IMG/VR virus record: IMGVR_UViG_3300045988_021200
Span: 1 to 30,750 of that record
Source of the DNA: a virus
DNA: 30,750 nucleotides
Strand: one strand, 5' to 3'
Shown here: piece by piece, positions 13,562 through 22,789 of the stretch
Layout: every line of letters starts with the position of its first letter
Numbering within the stretch: position 1 is the stretch's first letter
Made by a program: the position numbers and the translations under genes
The notes under the pieces: model-generated
Databases searched by the model: none
Told to the model about the DNA's origin: nothing
Seen by the model: only the letters and a program-made list of their open reading frames with translations

Positions 13562-13951
13562 ATGGCTATCGGACAGAGAAAGCAAGCTCAGGACAAGATA
13601 GACCGGCGACAATTCGAGACATTGTGCGGAATACAATGCACAGAGGAAGAAATCTGTGCGGTTTTTGATGTGTCTAAAGATACATTGCTTCGTTGGTGCA
13701 AGAGGATATACAAAAAGAGCTTTGCGGATGTTTTCAAGGAAAAAAGAGCGTGCGGAAAGATGGCGCTAAGAAGGAGCCAATGGAAGATGGCAGAAAGAAA
13801 TGCGACGATGGCAATTTGGCTCGGGAAACAATATTTAGGGCAAAAGGATGTTGTTGAGCAGAAATCCGATGTGAAACTGAATAACGGATTCATTGAGGCA
13901 CTGAACGCAGCAGTTGAGGAAGTGGAGAAATGTTCAGATGGCAGCCATTAA
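13562..13951 (+). CDS. terS: Terminase small subunit (HTH type)
   Basis: It lies immediately upstream of and overlaps TerL. FETLCGIQCTEEEICAVFDVSKDTLLRWCK and MAIWLGKQYLGQKD resemble small terminases of Firmicutes phages. ATG 13562 follows AAAGGGGGG. Confidence 0.6.
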   Translation: MAIGQRKQAQDKIDRRQFETLCGIQCTEEEICAVFDVSKDTLLRWCKRIYKKSFADVFKEKRACGKMALRRSQWKMAERNATMAIWLGKQYLGQKDVVEQKSDVKLNNGFIEALNAAVEEVEKCSDGSH

Positions 13952-15189
13952 GCCCGAAACAGTTCAGCATCTTTTCATGGTGGAATAGCGAAAGCAAGTA
14001 TTCCGATATGGACGGAATCATTGCAGATGGCTCCATCCGTTCCGGAAAGACCGTAGCGATGGGGACAAGCTTCATCATGTGGGCGATGGAATCATTCGAG
14101 GGGGAGCAGTTCGCCATATGTGGTAAGACATTAGGAGCGCTAAGAAGAAACGTGCTCTCACCGATGCAGAATGTTTTACCAGATATGGGTTATGAAATAT
14201 CAGAGAGCCGCATCGAAAACAAGTGGACGGTTAGGCACGGAGACAACGTGAACACCTTCTACTTGTTCGGAGGTAAAGACGAAAGCTCACAGAACCTTAT
14301 TCAGGGCGTCACGCTTGCGGGGGTCCTATTCGACGAAGTGGCACTGATGCCGGAATCATTCGTGAATCAGGCAACAGCACGTTGTTCCGTAGAAGGTTCG
14401 AAATGGTGGTTCAACTGCAACCCGTCAACGCCGTTCCACTGGTTCAAGGTGAACTGGATAGACCGGAGAGAAGAAAAGAATCTTTTGTACCTGCATTTTG
14501 AATTGGACGACAACCGGAGCCTATCGGAGCACATCAAAGACCGATACCGGAGCATGTATCAAGGCGTGTTCTACAGGCGCTATATCCTCGGAGAGTGGGT
14601 AGCAGCGGAGGGCATTATCTATGATATGTTCAACGAGAATCGGCACGTCACAAAGGAGAAATTCAAGCCCGTGGGCGATGTTTACGTGTCGTGCGATTAC
14701 GGAATACAGAATGCAACTGTTTTCCTTATGTGGGCGAAAATAAAAGGCATATGGACATGCATTCGGGAGTATTGCTATTCCGGAAGGGCAAACCTAAAGC
14801 AGAAAACGGATGCGGAATTTGTTCAGGATATGAAGATGTGGCTAGACGGCACGATACCGAAAAGGATTATCGTTGACCCGTCAGCCACTTCTTTTATTGC
14901 AGAACTCAGGAAGAATGGTTACACGGTCAAGCGGGGCATGAACGACGTACTGGACGGCATACGGTACACGTCAACGGCGCTCGGGAGAGGAGAACTGATG
15001 TTCGTTTCTGATTGCGTGAATACCATTCGAGAGTTCCACTCCTATATGTGGGATTTGAAGTCAGCGGATGCCGGAGAGGATAGACCGCTGAAAGAGCATG
15101 ACCACTGCATGGATGCGATGCGATATTTCACGTACACAATCATGAGACAAGAAAAAGTTAAAGTTAAGGGATTCAAAGAGGGAATCTAA
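13930..15189 (+). CDS. terL: Terminase large subunit (PBSX-type)
   Basis: Walker A-like ADGSIRSGKT, Walker B-like VLFDEVA, a C-terminal nuclease region with acidic residues, 419 aa. It precedes the portal. Confidence 0.9.
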   Translation: MFRWQPLSPKQFSIFSWWNSESKYSDMDGIIADGSIRSGKTVAMGTSFIMWAMESFEGEQFAICGKTLGALRRNVLSPMQNVLPDMGYEISESRIENKWTVRHGDNVNTFYLFGGKDESSQNLIQGVTLAGVLFDEVALMPESFVNQATARCSVEGSKWWFNCNPSTPFHWFKVNWIDRREEKNLLYLHFELDDNRSLSEHIKDRYRSMYQGVFYRRYILGEWVAAEGIIYDMFNENRHVTKEKFKPVGDVYVSCDYGIQNATVFLMWAKIKGIWTCIREYCYSGRANLKQKTDAEFVQDMKMWLDGTIPKRIIVDPSATSFIAELRKNGYTVKRGMNDVLDGIRYTSTALGRGELMFVSDCVNTIREFHSYMWDLKSADAGEDRPLKEHDHCMDAMRYFTYTIMRQEKVKVKGFKEGI

Positions 15190-16607
15190 TGCACACCAAA
15201 AGACCATACGAATTACCAAAGCCAATCACGGCGGACCCGTCAATACTGGAGCATATCACGCCTCAGTTGATAGAGGGGTACATCAATAAGCACGAGAGCA
15301 AATTCAAGCGCTATGAATACCTTGAAAACCTATACAAGGGGTTTCACGACGTATATAGACAACCGGAAAAGGAAAACTGGAAGCCCGACAACAGACTGGC
15401 GGTTAATTTCCCCCGGTACATCACAGACACCTTCCTAGGCTATGCCTACGGCGTACCGATTAAGTGCACAGCACCGGAAGACTCAGAGAATGAGCGGCTG
15501 AAAGAATTCTATCGGGACAACGAAATGAACGACCACGATTCAGAGATGGCGAAAATGTGCTGCATCTATGGACACGCATGGGAGTTCTTCTATCAGGACG
15601 AAGAGACCAATACCAAAGTAGTCGCCTATAATCCGAAAGACCTATTCTGTATTGTCGATGATACAGTACAGCGCCGGGCACTGATGATGATTCAGTACGG
15701 GCGGCACACGGTGGACGGCGTGAACAACGGTGTGCTTTACGGCATGGCAGCGACGGCAGACACGATTTATTACTTTGATAACGGAAAGTTAACCGGCGAC
15801 AAAGAGAACCCATACGGCTTAATCCCTTGCGTTGAGTGGCGACTGAACGAGGAGCGCATCGGACTTTTTGAGGGCGTGGCAGGACTTGTGGAGACGTACA
15901 ACAGGACACTGGGAGAGAAGGCAAATGATGTTGATGCGTTTGCGGAGGCTTATTTGGCAGTTATCGGGTCCGAGCTTGACGATGAGGACGTGTACCGCAT
16001 CCGGGACAACCGAATCATTAACCTTTACGGTACAGATAACGCAAGGGATATCTTGGTGCAGTTCATGACCAAACCAACGGCAGACGGCACACAAGAAAAT
16101 CTGCTGAACCGCCTTGAAAATCTGATATATCAGATTTCGATGGTGGCGAATATCTCAGACGAACAGTTCGGAAACGCAAGCTCCGGTGTAGCTTTGGCTT
16201 ACAAGCTGCAGGCAATGAGCAATCTCGCCGTGACTTTTGACCGGAAGATTGAAAAGTCACTCAGGAAGCGTTTCAAGATTTGGTCAAGCCTATCAACCAA
16301 CGTGGCGGATAGGGAAGTGTGGCGGGATATTGATATCAAGTTTACCCGGAATCTTCCAAAGAACCTGCAAGAGGAAGCACAGACCGCTTCACAGCTTGAA
16401 GGTATCGTGTCCAAGGAAACACAGCTTTCTGTTCTGTCCATCGTGCCGGATGTGAAGAAGGAAATTGAAAAGATGGAAGAGGAAGAAGAGGAGCAGATGC
16501 AGCAGTTGAGCATGTATCAGCAGACCATGGGGGCAGTAAATGGCGAAAACAACGCAGGAAATATTTCTGGCGAAAACGAAGGAGAACCGGGATTACTGGA
16601 GAAGTAG
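15189..16607 (+). CDS. Portal protein (SPP1 gp6-like)
   Basis: 472 aa, TAATG-coupled to terL. The size, position and acidic EEEEEQ C-terminus are typical of SPP1-type portals. Confidence 0.85.
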   Translation: MHTKRPYELPKPITADPSILEHITPQLIEGYINKHESKFKRYEYLENLYKGFHDVYRQPEKENWKPDNRLAVNFPRYITDTFLGYAYGVPIKCTAPEDSENERLKEFYRDNEMNDHDSEMAKMCCIYGHAWEFFYQDEETNTKVVAYNPKDLFCIVDDTVQRRALMMIQYGRHTVDGVNNGVLYGMAATADTIYYFDNGKLTGDKENPYGLIPCVEWRLNEERIGLFEGVAGLVETYNRTLGEKANDVDAFAEAYLAVIGSELDDEDVYRIRDNRIINLYGTDNARDILVQFMTKPTADGTQENLLNRLENLIYQISMVANISDEQFGNASSGVALAYKLQAMSNLAVTFDRKIEKSLRKRFKIWSSLSTNVADREVWRDIDIKFTRNLPKNLQEEAQTASQLEGIVSKETQLSVLSIVPDVKKEIEKMEEEEEEQMQQLSMYQQTMGAVNGENNAGNISGENEGEPGLLEK

Positions 16608-17994
16608 AGAAGACCGACAGGCGGTTGTAAACGAGCATACGATGAAAAACATCGATGCCGAAATTCAGCAGATTTACGAGCGGATGGTCCCGGAAATTCA
16701 AAAGGAAATTGAATCGTTCTATCAGAGGTACGCCGATAAAGAGGGAATCAGCCTAGCGGAAGCCAAAAAGAGAGTGTCGAAGTTCGATGTAAAGGCGTTC
16801 GAGGCAAGGGCTGCAAAACTGGTTAAAGACCGTGATTTCAGCGATGAGGCAAACGAGCTGATGAGGCTCTACAATGCAACTATGCGGATTAATCGGCTGG
16901 AGCTTTTAAAAGCGGATATCGGCTTGCATATGATAGACGGATTCGACGACCTAGAGAAGCTGACCGGAGAAAAGCTGACCGAGGAAGCCGTGAAGGAGTT
17001 CGAACGGCAAGCGGGAATCTTAGGGAATGGCGTTAAAGGTGCATCCGAAAGAGCTAAAAGCCTAGTGGGGCAGTCTTTCATGAATGCCACATTCAGCGAA
17101 CGCATATGGAGCAATCAGGAAGCCTTAAGAAATAAGCTATCCACGATACTCACAAAGGGCTTGATTGGTGGTAAGAGCTATCAAAGCCTTGCGGCGGAGA
17201 TTCGGAAGGATTTCAACGTATCGGCAAGGGAAGCAATGAGACTGGTTCGAACTGAAATGGTCCGGGTGCAGACACAGGCTCAGATTGATTCGTACAAGGC
17301 GAACGGATGGGAAGAGTTCGAATTCTTAGCATACGGCACGGCATCATGTGAGATATGCAACGCCCTAAATAAAAAGCATTTCAAGATATCGGATTTTCAA
17401 CCGGCAGAGAATGCGCCGCCAATGCATCCGAATTGCAGATGTAGGACGGCGCCGTATGAGGATGAAGAAGAGTATCAGAAATGGTTAGATTCGTTCGGAA
17501 ATTCAGGGAAAACCATTGATTCTACCGAGGAAAACAATATAATAAAAGCAAGAGATTTATTAATACCAATGCTTATAACTGGTGCTAGAAATCTTTACAG
17601 CAAGGAAGCAGATGAACATGCTACAAGATATTATGGATTAGTAAGAAGCATGACAACGGATGTTGAAAGGATTTCAAAGACAACAGGCTTCAAGCAAGAA
17701 GACATTCAAGCAGTTAAAGATTTTCTTTTCTATGAAGAGCATGACTTGGGAGATGGAAGGGTTTCAAGGTTTGATTCCGACTACAAAATAGCGGAATCAT
17801 GGCAAAGACTAATCAACGGAACGCCGGAGCCGCACGATATAACGCTCTTAAGGCATGAGATGCTAGAAAGAAAATTGATGAAAGAGGGAATGTCGCAAGA
17901 AAAAGCCCACATAGAAGCATCACGAAAATATAACTATACGAAAGAGGCGGTAGAGTATCATGTTGCGATTGAAAGAAATAAAAAGAGAGGGTAA
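16540..17994 (+). CDS. MuF / SPP1 gp7-family minor head protein with ~175-aa uncharacterised C-terminal extension
   Basis: The gp7/MuF core VRTEMVRVQTQAQIDSYKANGWEEFEFLAYGTASCEICNALNKKHF...PPMHPNCRCRTAPY ends near 17460. The remainder, to 17994, is an extra AT-richer domain. Confidence 0.85.
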   Translation: MAKTTQEIFLAKTKENRDYWRSREDRQAVVNEHTMKNIDAEIQQIYERMVPEIQKEIESFYQRYADKEGISLAEAKKRVSKFDVKAFEARAAKLVKDRDFSDEANELMRLYNATMRINRLELLKADIGLHMIDGFDDLEKLTGEKLTEEAVKEFERQAGILGNGVKGASERAKSLVGQSFMNATFSERIWSNQEALRNKLSTILTKGLIGGKSYQSLAAEIRKDFNVSAREAMRLVRTEMVRVQTQAQIDSYKANGWEEFEFLAYGTASCEICNALNKKHFKISDFQPAENAPPMHPNCRCRTAPYEDEEEYQKWLDSFGNSGKTIDSTEENNIIKARDLLIPMLITGARNLYSKEADEHATRYYGLVRSMTTDVERISKTTGFKQEDIQAVKDFLFYEEHDLGDGRVSRFDSDYKIAESWQRLINGTPEPHDITLLRHEMLERKLMKEGMSQEKAHIEASRKYNYTKEAVEYHVAIERNKKRG

Positions 17995-18202
17995 TTTACT
18001 ATCAGCAATTTATGACCCAGAGGCAACTGGTATTTTGGGTCGTGTGTGTATCAACATTCACACGAAGAGCCCGGAAGACGGTGTAATATCAAAATATGAA
18101 AATGCGGAATACCCAGATTATTATTATCATGCGCTCAAGGCATTGAGAAATATTGTAAACGAAGATGATATACCAGCAGAACGGCTTGTAATGTGGTATT
18201 AA
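17960..18202 (+). CDS. 80-aa hypothetical protein overlapping the MuF 3' end (candidate partner/immunity protein)
   Basis: Its ATG overlaps the MuF stop region by 35 nt, consistent with translational coupling. It is AT-rich like the MuF extension. A strong terminator follows. Confidence 0.55.
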   Translation: MLRLKEIKREGNLLSAIYDPEATGILGRVCINIHTKSPEDGVISKYENAEYPDYYYHALKALRNIVNEDDIPAERLVMWY

Positions 18203-18263
18203 CACGTACCCATAAAGCCCTATAACCGCTTTTAAATGTAAACTCAAATTATATCTATGAAGA

Positions 18264-18291
18264 AAAATCGCTCATTACAGGGCGATTTTTT
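18264..18291 (+). terminator. Rho-independent terminator
   Basis: AAAAATCGC (18264..18272) pairs with GCGATTTTT (18282..18290), and a T-run follows. Confidence 0.8.
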
Positions 18292-18381
18292 GTATACCAT
18301 TTTTCTGGGGTGTCCAAGCATTTATGACACTAAACTGTATGGAATATCAAGCATTGCGATGTAAAACACATGGAGGAAATT

Positions 18382-18930
18382 ATGGCAGAAGAAATGAACA
18401 ATCAGAACACAAACGCAAACACTGACCCGAAAACCGAGCCGAATACTCAGACCGAGCCGAAAGGCGGAGCGGAGCCGGAAAAGAAGTATTCGGATGAAGA
18501 CCTTGATAAAATCATCGGTCAGAAATACGCAAAATGGAGTGAAAAGACCGATAAAGCTATCGAGGATGCCAAAGCGGAGGCGGTCAAGCTGGCGAAAATG
18601 AACGCAGAGCAAAAAGCCGCCTATGAATCAGAGCAGAAGGACCTTAGAATTGCGGAAATGGAAGCACAGCTGCAGAAAATCGCACTGGGCAAGGTTGCCG
18701 GGGAGATTCTCAAGGAGCAGGGCATGGATGCTACACAGGACATTCTGGACATGGTCGTAGGCACCACCGCAGAGGACACAAAAGCACAGGTGGAAGCGTT
18801 CGTGAAGCTGGTCAATGCACAGGTTGAAATCCGGGAAAGACAGCGGGCGACAGGTACCACGCCGAAATCTTACACCGGAGCGGAACCACTGAGCGAAATT
18901 GAACAGCGGATTGCAAAGTACAGGAAGTAA
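18382..18930 (+). CDS. Capsid scaffolding protein
   Basis: It is acidic, helical and coiled-coil-like (AKAEAVKLAKMNAEQKAAYESEQKDLRIAEMEAQLQK) and lies directly upstream of the major capsid gene. ATG 18382 lies 5 nt after GGAGG. Confidence 0.75.
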   Translation: MAEEMNNQNTNANTDPKTEPNTQTEPKGGAEPEKKYSDEDLDKIIGQKYAKWSEKTDKAIEDAKAEAVKLAKMNAEQKAAYESEQKDLRIAEMEAQLQKIALGKVAGEILKEQGMDATQDILDMVVGTTAEDTKAQVEAFVKLVNAQVEIRERQRATGTTPKSYTGAEPLSEIEQRIAKYRK

Positions 18931-18942
18931 AAGGAGTAAATC

Positions 18943-19827
18943 ATGGCAGGTGAAAACAATAATCAGGCAGTAAGACGTTATACCAAGGAGTTTAAGGACC
19001 TTATGCAGGCGGTATTCCAGAGCAGAGCGTTCTTTGGAGACTTTTTCGGCGGCGGTATCGAGGCACTGGACGGAATTCAGGAAAATCAGACCGCATTCAG
19101 CGTTAAGACTTCCGACATTCCGGTAGCGGTAGGCACTTACAGCACCGAGGAGAACACTGCATTCGGAACCGGAACGGGAAAGTCCAACAGATTCGGCAAC
19201 AGAACCGAGATTATCTATACCAATGCGGATGTTCCTTACAGCTGGGGCTGGAGCTTCCACGAAGGAATCGACCGGAACACGGTTAACAACGACTTCAACA
19301 CGGCGGTGGCTGACCGTCTTGAGCTGCAGGCACAGGCAAAGACGAACCAGTTCAATACCCATCACGGAAAGTTCATTTCCGATAGCGCCGCTGAGACAAT
19401 CGAGGCGGCAGCACTCACCGAGGAAGAGGTTGTAAAGGCATTCAACGCCCTTGCAAAGTACTTTGTGAACATTGGGGCGGTTGGTACCAAGGTAGCAAAG
19501 GTTACACCGGATGTATGGAACATCATTGTTGACTCCAAGCTCATGACTACCTCAAAGGGTAGTTCTGTTAACGTGGACAACAACACAGTGAACACCTTCA
19601 AGGGTTTTCAGCTTGAGGTGATTCCGGATGCAATGTTCCAGAAGAACGAGTGCATTTACGCTTACATCACCGGAATCGGTAAGGCGTTCACCGGCATTCA
19701 GACTGCTAGAACCATCGAATCCGAGGATTTCGACGGCTTGGCACTGCAGGGAGCCGGTAAAGCGGGTGAGTACATTCTCCCGGCTAACAAGAAGGCGGTT
19801 GCAAAGGTTACAGCTACGGTAGCATAG
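18943..19827 (+). CDS. Major capsid protein
   Basis: 294 aa with a strong AAAGGAG RBS. Its position after the scaffold and its composition are typical of SPP1 gp13-type capsid proteins. Confidence 0.8.
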   Translation: MAGENNNQAVRRYTKEFKDLMQAVFQSRAFFGDFFGGGIEALDGIQENQTAFSVKTSDIPVAVGTYSTEENTAFGTGTGKSNRFGNRTEIIYTNADVPYSWGWSFHEGIDRNTVNNDFNTAVADRLELQAQAKTNQFNTHHGKFISDSAAETIEAAALTEEEVVKAFNALAKYFVNIGAVGTKVAKVTPDVWNIIVDSKLMTTSKGSSVNVDNNTVNTFKGFQLEVIPDAMFQKNECIYAYITGIGKAFTGIQTARTIESEDFDGLALQGAGKAGEYILPANKKAVAKVTATVA

Positions 19828-19837
19828 GAGGTAAGTA

Positions 19838-20071
19838 ATGGGTTATGTGGTTATTCATCGGTTCGCAGACACGCAGGATGTGACCGAAACGAAAAACGGT
19901 TCAATTCCGTACATTTATGAAATCGGTGATGAGTTCCCACGAGCTGGAAAGCGTGTAAATAAGGGCAGAATTGAAGAGCTGGCGGGTTCAAAAAACAAGC
20001 CGGGCTTTCCACTGATTGAGTACACCGAGGAGTGCAACACAAAGACCGTGAAAGGCAAAAGGACGAAGTAG
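19838..20071 (+). CDS. Hypothetical head-module protein
   Basis: A TAGGAGG RBS is present. 77 aa. Confidence 0.6.
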   Translation: MGYVVIHRFADTQDVTETKNGSIPYIYEIGDEFPRAGKRVNKGRIEELAGSKNKPGFPLIEYTEECNTKTVKGKRTK

Positions 20072-20086
20072 TCAGAAAGGCACGAC

Positions 20087-20413
20087 ATGGAAGACTTGTT
20101 AGAATTGCTCGACATGCAAGATGCCGAAGACGAACAGAGGAAGAAGCTGCAAACCATTATGGATATCACAAGCGACAGATTGAAAGTAAAGCTGGGCACC
20201 GATGAGGTGCCCAGTCAGCTGTCCTACATCGTGACGGAGGTATCCATCATTCGATTCAACCGGATTGGTTCAGAGGGGCTTTCTTCCCATACCGTCGAGG
20301 GCGAATCACTCAATTTCAGCGGAGACGACTTCACGCCGTACGAAAGCGACATTCAAGCGTGGATTGATGAAAACAAAGGCACGTCAAGAAGGGGGCGGAT
20401 TCGGTTTATATGA
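20087..20413 (+). CDS. Head-tail connector/adaptor (gp6/gp15-like)
   Basis: ITSDRLKVKLGTDEVPSQLSYIVTEVSIIRFNRIGSEGLSSHTVEGES matches the head-tail connector pattern. The position fits. Confidence 0.65.
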   Translation: MEDLLELLDMQDAEDEQRKKLQTIMDITSDRLKVKLGTDEVPSQLSYIVTEVSIIRFNRIGSEGLSSHTVEGESLNFSGDDFTPYESDIQAWIDENKGTSRRGRIRFI

Positions 20414-20718
20414 GATTTGATAAAGAAGTGTACTTCTATACCGAAAAGTCGGATTACAACGCTCAGACGGGCGATTATGACCGTCGAGAGGTGTCTGAGG
20501 TGCCTAGAAGAGCTTCCGTCAACCAAACCGAAACCGCAATGATTCGGATGGTATACGACAGCATACCGCAGGAATCCTTGACAGTCCGGCTGCAAAACAA
20601 ATATGAAAAGCCGTTTGATTATATCCGAATCGGCGAAAAGCTCTACAAGGTGGACAAGCGAATCGACTTATACACCAAACAAGCGTTCATTGTTTCGGAG
20701 GTACAGCATGGGCGTTGA
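20410..20718 (+). CDS. Head closure / head-tail joining protein
   Basis: ATGA-coupled, 102 aa, in the position of SPP1 gp16. Confidence 0.5.
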   Translation: MRFDKEVYFYTEKSDYNAQTGDYDRREVSEVPRRASVNQTETAMIRMVYDSIPQESLTVRLQNKYEKPFDYIRIGEKLYKVDKRIDLYTKQAFIVSEVQHGR

Positions 20719-21094
20719 TATTAAATGGGAAGGTCTCGACAAGCTGCAGGACAACTTAGAAAAAGCCGCCACACTGGACGACATTAAAAGAGTTGTACGG
20801 CACCAAGAAAAAACCTTGCTGGAGACGGCGCAAGAGCACGCCGTCAAAAAGTCAGCTGGCGGTGAATTTTACGGCGGTTATAGCGGAATTGAGCGGTCGC
20901 AGGGCGGAATTTATGACGACCTAAAGACGGACCTTTACCTAGAAGGTCTAGCGGTTGGCATTCAGTCGCTTAAGGACTATTCGGCTTGTGTCGAGTACGG
21001 AACAAGGCGGCAGCCACCGGAGCCGTTCATGGAGCCAACAGCACGAGAAGCGGGAGAGAAGTTTGTGAGAGATTTGAGGAAGTTGTTTAAATGA
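20708..21094 (+). CDS. HK97 gp10-family tail component
   Basis: ATG 20708 follows GGAGG. The ACVEYGTRRQPPEPFMEPT motif is present. Confidence 0.65.
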   Translation: MGVDIKWEGLDKLQDNLEKAATLDDIKRVVRHQEKTLLETAQEHAVKKSAGGEFYGGYSGIERSQGGIYDDLKTDLYLEGLAVGIQSLKDYSACVEYGTRRQPPEPFMEPTAREAGEKFVRDLRKLFK

Positions 21095-21477
21095 TGGATG
21101 CACAGCAAAGCCTTTTTACAGGGTTGAAAATGAAGATTGAAGCACTCGGATTAAGCGTGTATGACGGTGGTATGCCTTCTGAGGATGCGCCATACCCTTT
21201 TGTGTATCTCGCAGATAACACGATGCGGGATATGATGGTTAAGGGAAGCGGAATCGGCACGGTATCGCAAAACATCCACGTATGGCAGAACGATTCGAAA
21301 AAGAGAGGCACGCTCTCACGGATTGCTGCAGAAGTGATGGAGGTTTGCCGGGAGTTCGAGGAGTACGGCGGCAATGGCTACACATTGCGGAGCTTGAGTC
21401 AGAAAATTATATCAGACAACAGCACGGCGGAACCATTAATGCACGCAATTATCGAGGCAGAATATTACTACAGCTAA
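21091..21477 (+). CDS. Tail completion / tail terminator protein (DUF3168-like)
   Basis: The start is coupled. 128 aa, immediately upstream of the major tail gene. Confidence 0.5.
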   Translation: MMDAQQSLFTGLKMKIEALGLSVYDGGMPSEDAPYPFVYLADNTMRDMMVKGSGIGTVSQNIHVWQNDSKKRGTLSRIAAEVMEVCREFEEYGGNGYTLRSLSQKIISDNSTAEPLMHAIIEAEYYYS

Positions 21478-21492
21478 AGAAGGAGAAGAATT

Positions 21493-21993
21493 ATGGCAAC
21501 AGCGATTGCAGGAAAGAAAATCATTTATCTTTACCGACTTCTTGAGGATGCATCGAAGGAAGCAGCAAAGCAGATTGCATTTGTAACCGAGAACGGCAGA
21601 ACGAAGTCGAAGGATGCGGATTCTACAGCAACGAAGGACGGCACTATTCGAACCCCGGCAACAGCGGAGGTGGAAATCACGTGCACTTCCATTTTGGCAA
21701 AGGGTGACACCATGCTGGACAAGCTGGAATCTGCATTAGATAATGACAAACTGATTGAAGTATGGGAGGCGAACATGGATGAGCCGGTTGAAAGTAAGAC
21801 AAACCAGTACAAGGGCACTTATTTTCAGGGGTATCTGACCGAGATTGAGAGAACAGCCAACGCCGAGGACATGGTCGAGGTATCTCTCACCTTTGGTATC
21901 AACGGAGCGGGCGCAAAGGGCAACGTAACCGTAACAGACACGCAGGCAGACATGGCTTCCTATGTATTCAAAGACACTACAGTAGGAGCATAA
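21493..21993 (+). CDS. Major tail protein (TP901-1/phi13-like)
   Basis: An AAGGAG RBS is present. 166 aa. The sequence GKKIIYLYRLLEDASKEAAKQIAFVTENGRTKSKDADSTATKDG fits the family pattern. A terminator and the chaperone pair follow. Confidence 0.8.
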   Translation: MATAIAGKKIIYLYRLLEDASKEAAKQIAFVTENGRTKSKDADSTATKDGTIRTPATAEVEITCTSILAKGDTMLDKLESALDNDKLIEVWEANMDEPVESKTNQYKGTYFQGYLTEIERTANAEDMVEVSLTFGINGAGAKGNVTVTDTQADMASYVFKDTTVGA

Positions 21994-22004
21994 GTTTTAA
22001 GCGG

Positions 22005-22030
22005 GCGGGGGACGATTGTTCCCCGCTTTT
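22005..22030 (+). terminator. Terminator/attenuator after the major tail gene
   Basis: GCGGGG (22005..22010) pairs with CCCCGC (22021..22026), then TTTT. Confidence 0.65.
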
Positions 22031-22049
22031 GGTATATGGAGGATTAAAT

Positions 22050-22421
22050 ATGTACGATATCGAAATCAACGGCACATCATACCCTGTTAAGTTTGGAATG
22101 AATTTCATTAGAGAGATTAATCAGAGAGTCACTGTTCCAATGGATGCATGGGGCGGAAAAGAAGAGAATGTTGGACTAAATTATTACATTGCAAAGCTCA
22201 TGGATGGGGACCTTGAAGCGCTGCAGCAGATTATTTTTGTTGCAAACAAAACGGAGACTCCAAAGCTGAACATCTCCATTCTTAATGATTGGTTTGAGGA
22301 TGAGAACACCGATATTGATGAAGTGTTTAAGCGGGTGACCGATTTTTTGTCGAAAGCGAACTGTACGAAGAAGGCGTACAGGACCATCAAGAAAGCGGTG
22401 GAAGAGCAGAACCAGAACTAA
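22050..22421 (+). CDS. Tail assembly chaperone (gpG-like)
   Basis: ATG 22050 follows GGAGG. 123 aa, positioned between the major tail and tape measure genes. Confidence 0.75.
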   Translation: MYDIEINGTSYPVKFGMNFIREINQRVTVPMDAWGGKEENVGLNYYIAKLMDGDLEALQQIIFVANKTETPKLNISILNDWFEDENTDIDEVFKRVTDFLSKANCTKKAYRTIKKAVEEQNQN

Positions 22422-22789
22422 AGTCGTCCATGACCTTTGAGAAGCTGATAGAAAAAATCACGGAAGACTGCTTCCGGTTTTTTGGTTTCCGGAGTTTCGA
22501 TGAAGTGGACCGGCTAACGTTCCCGGAATATGAGCTATTGTGTAAGGCTCACAAGCTGAGCACAGTGGATAAAGACATGTGGGTTCACAAGCTCGCCTAT
22601 CTGAACTTCATGGCTAAGGCAAGCCGGAAAGCAGGAAAGACACGAACCAAACCGGTATATGAAACGTTCGACAAGTTCTACGACTATCAGAAGGCACTGG
22701 AAAAGGTAGAGCGGGAATACGACACGGAGCGGAACGAAAGATTCCTTGCTATCAGCAGAAAAATGAAAGAAGAAAGGAGGGAAGAATGA
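22050..22789 (+). CDS. Tail assembly chaperone G-T fusion via -1 frameshift (the distal part is ORF 22430..22789)
   Basis: The distal ORF is in the -1 frame relative to gpG. No RBS precedes its ATG at 22430. The frame is continuous back to the slippery site. It ends by overlapping the tape-measure start. Confidence 0.6.
22343..22381 (+). promoter_or_regulatory. Programmed -1 frameshift signal
   Basis: The slippery heptamer T_TTT_TTG (22343..22349) is in the zero frame. A 7-bp stem CTGTACG/CGTACAG (22361..22381) lies 11 nt downstream. The -1 frame is open from 22331. Confidence 0.65.

Noticed and set aside
18628-19365. A 245-aa minus-strand ORF
   Set aside because: It is antisense to the scaffold and major capsid genes. 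It has no SD and its composition is typical of a shadow ORF.
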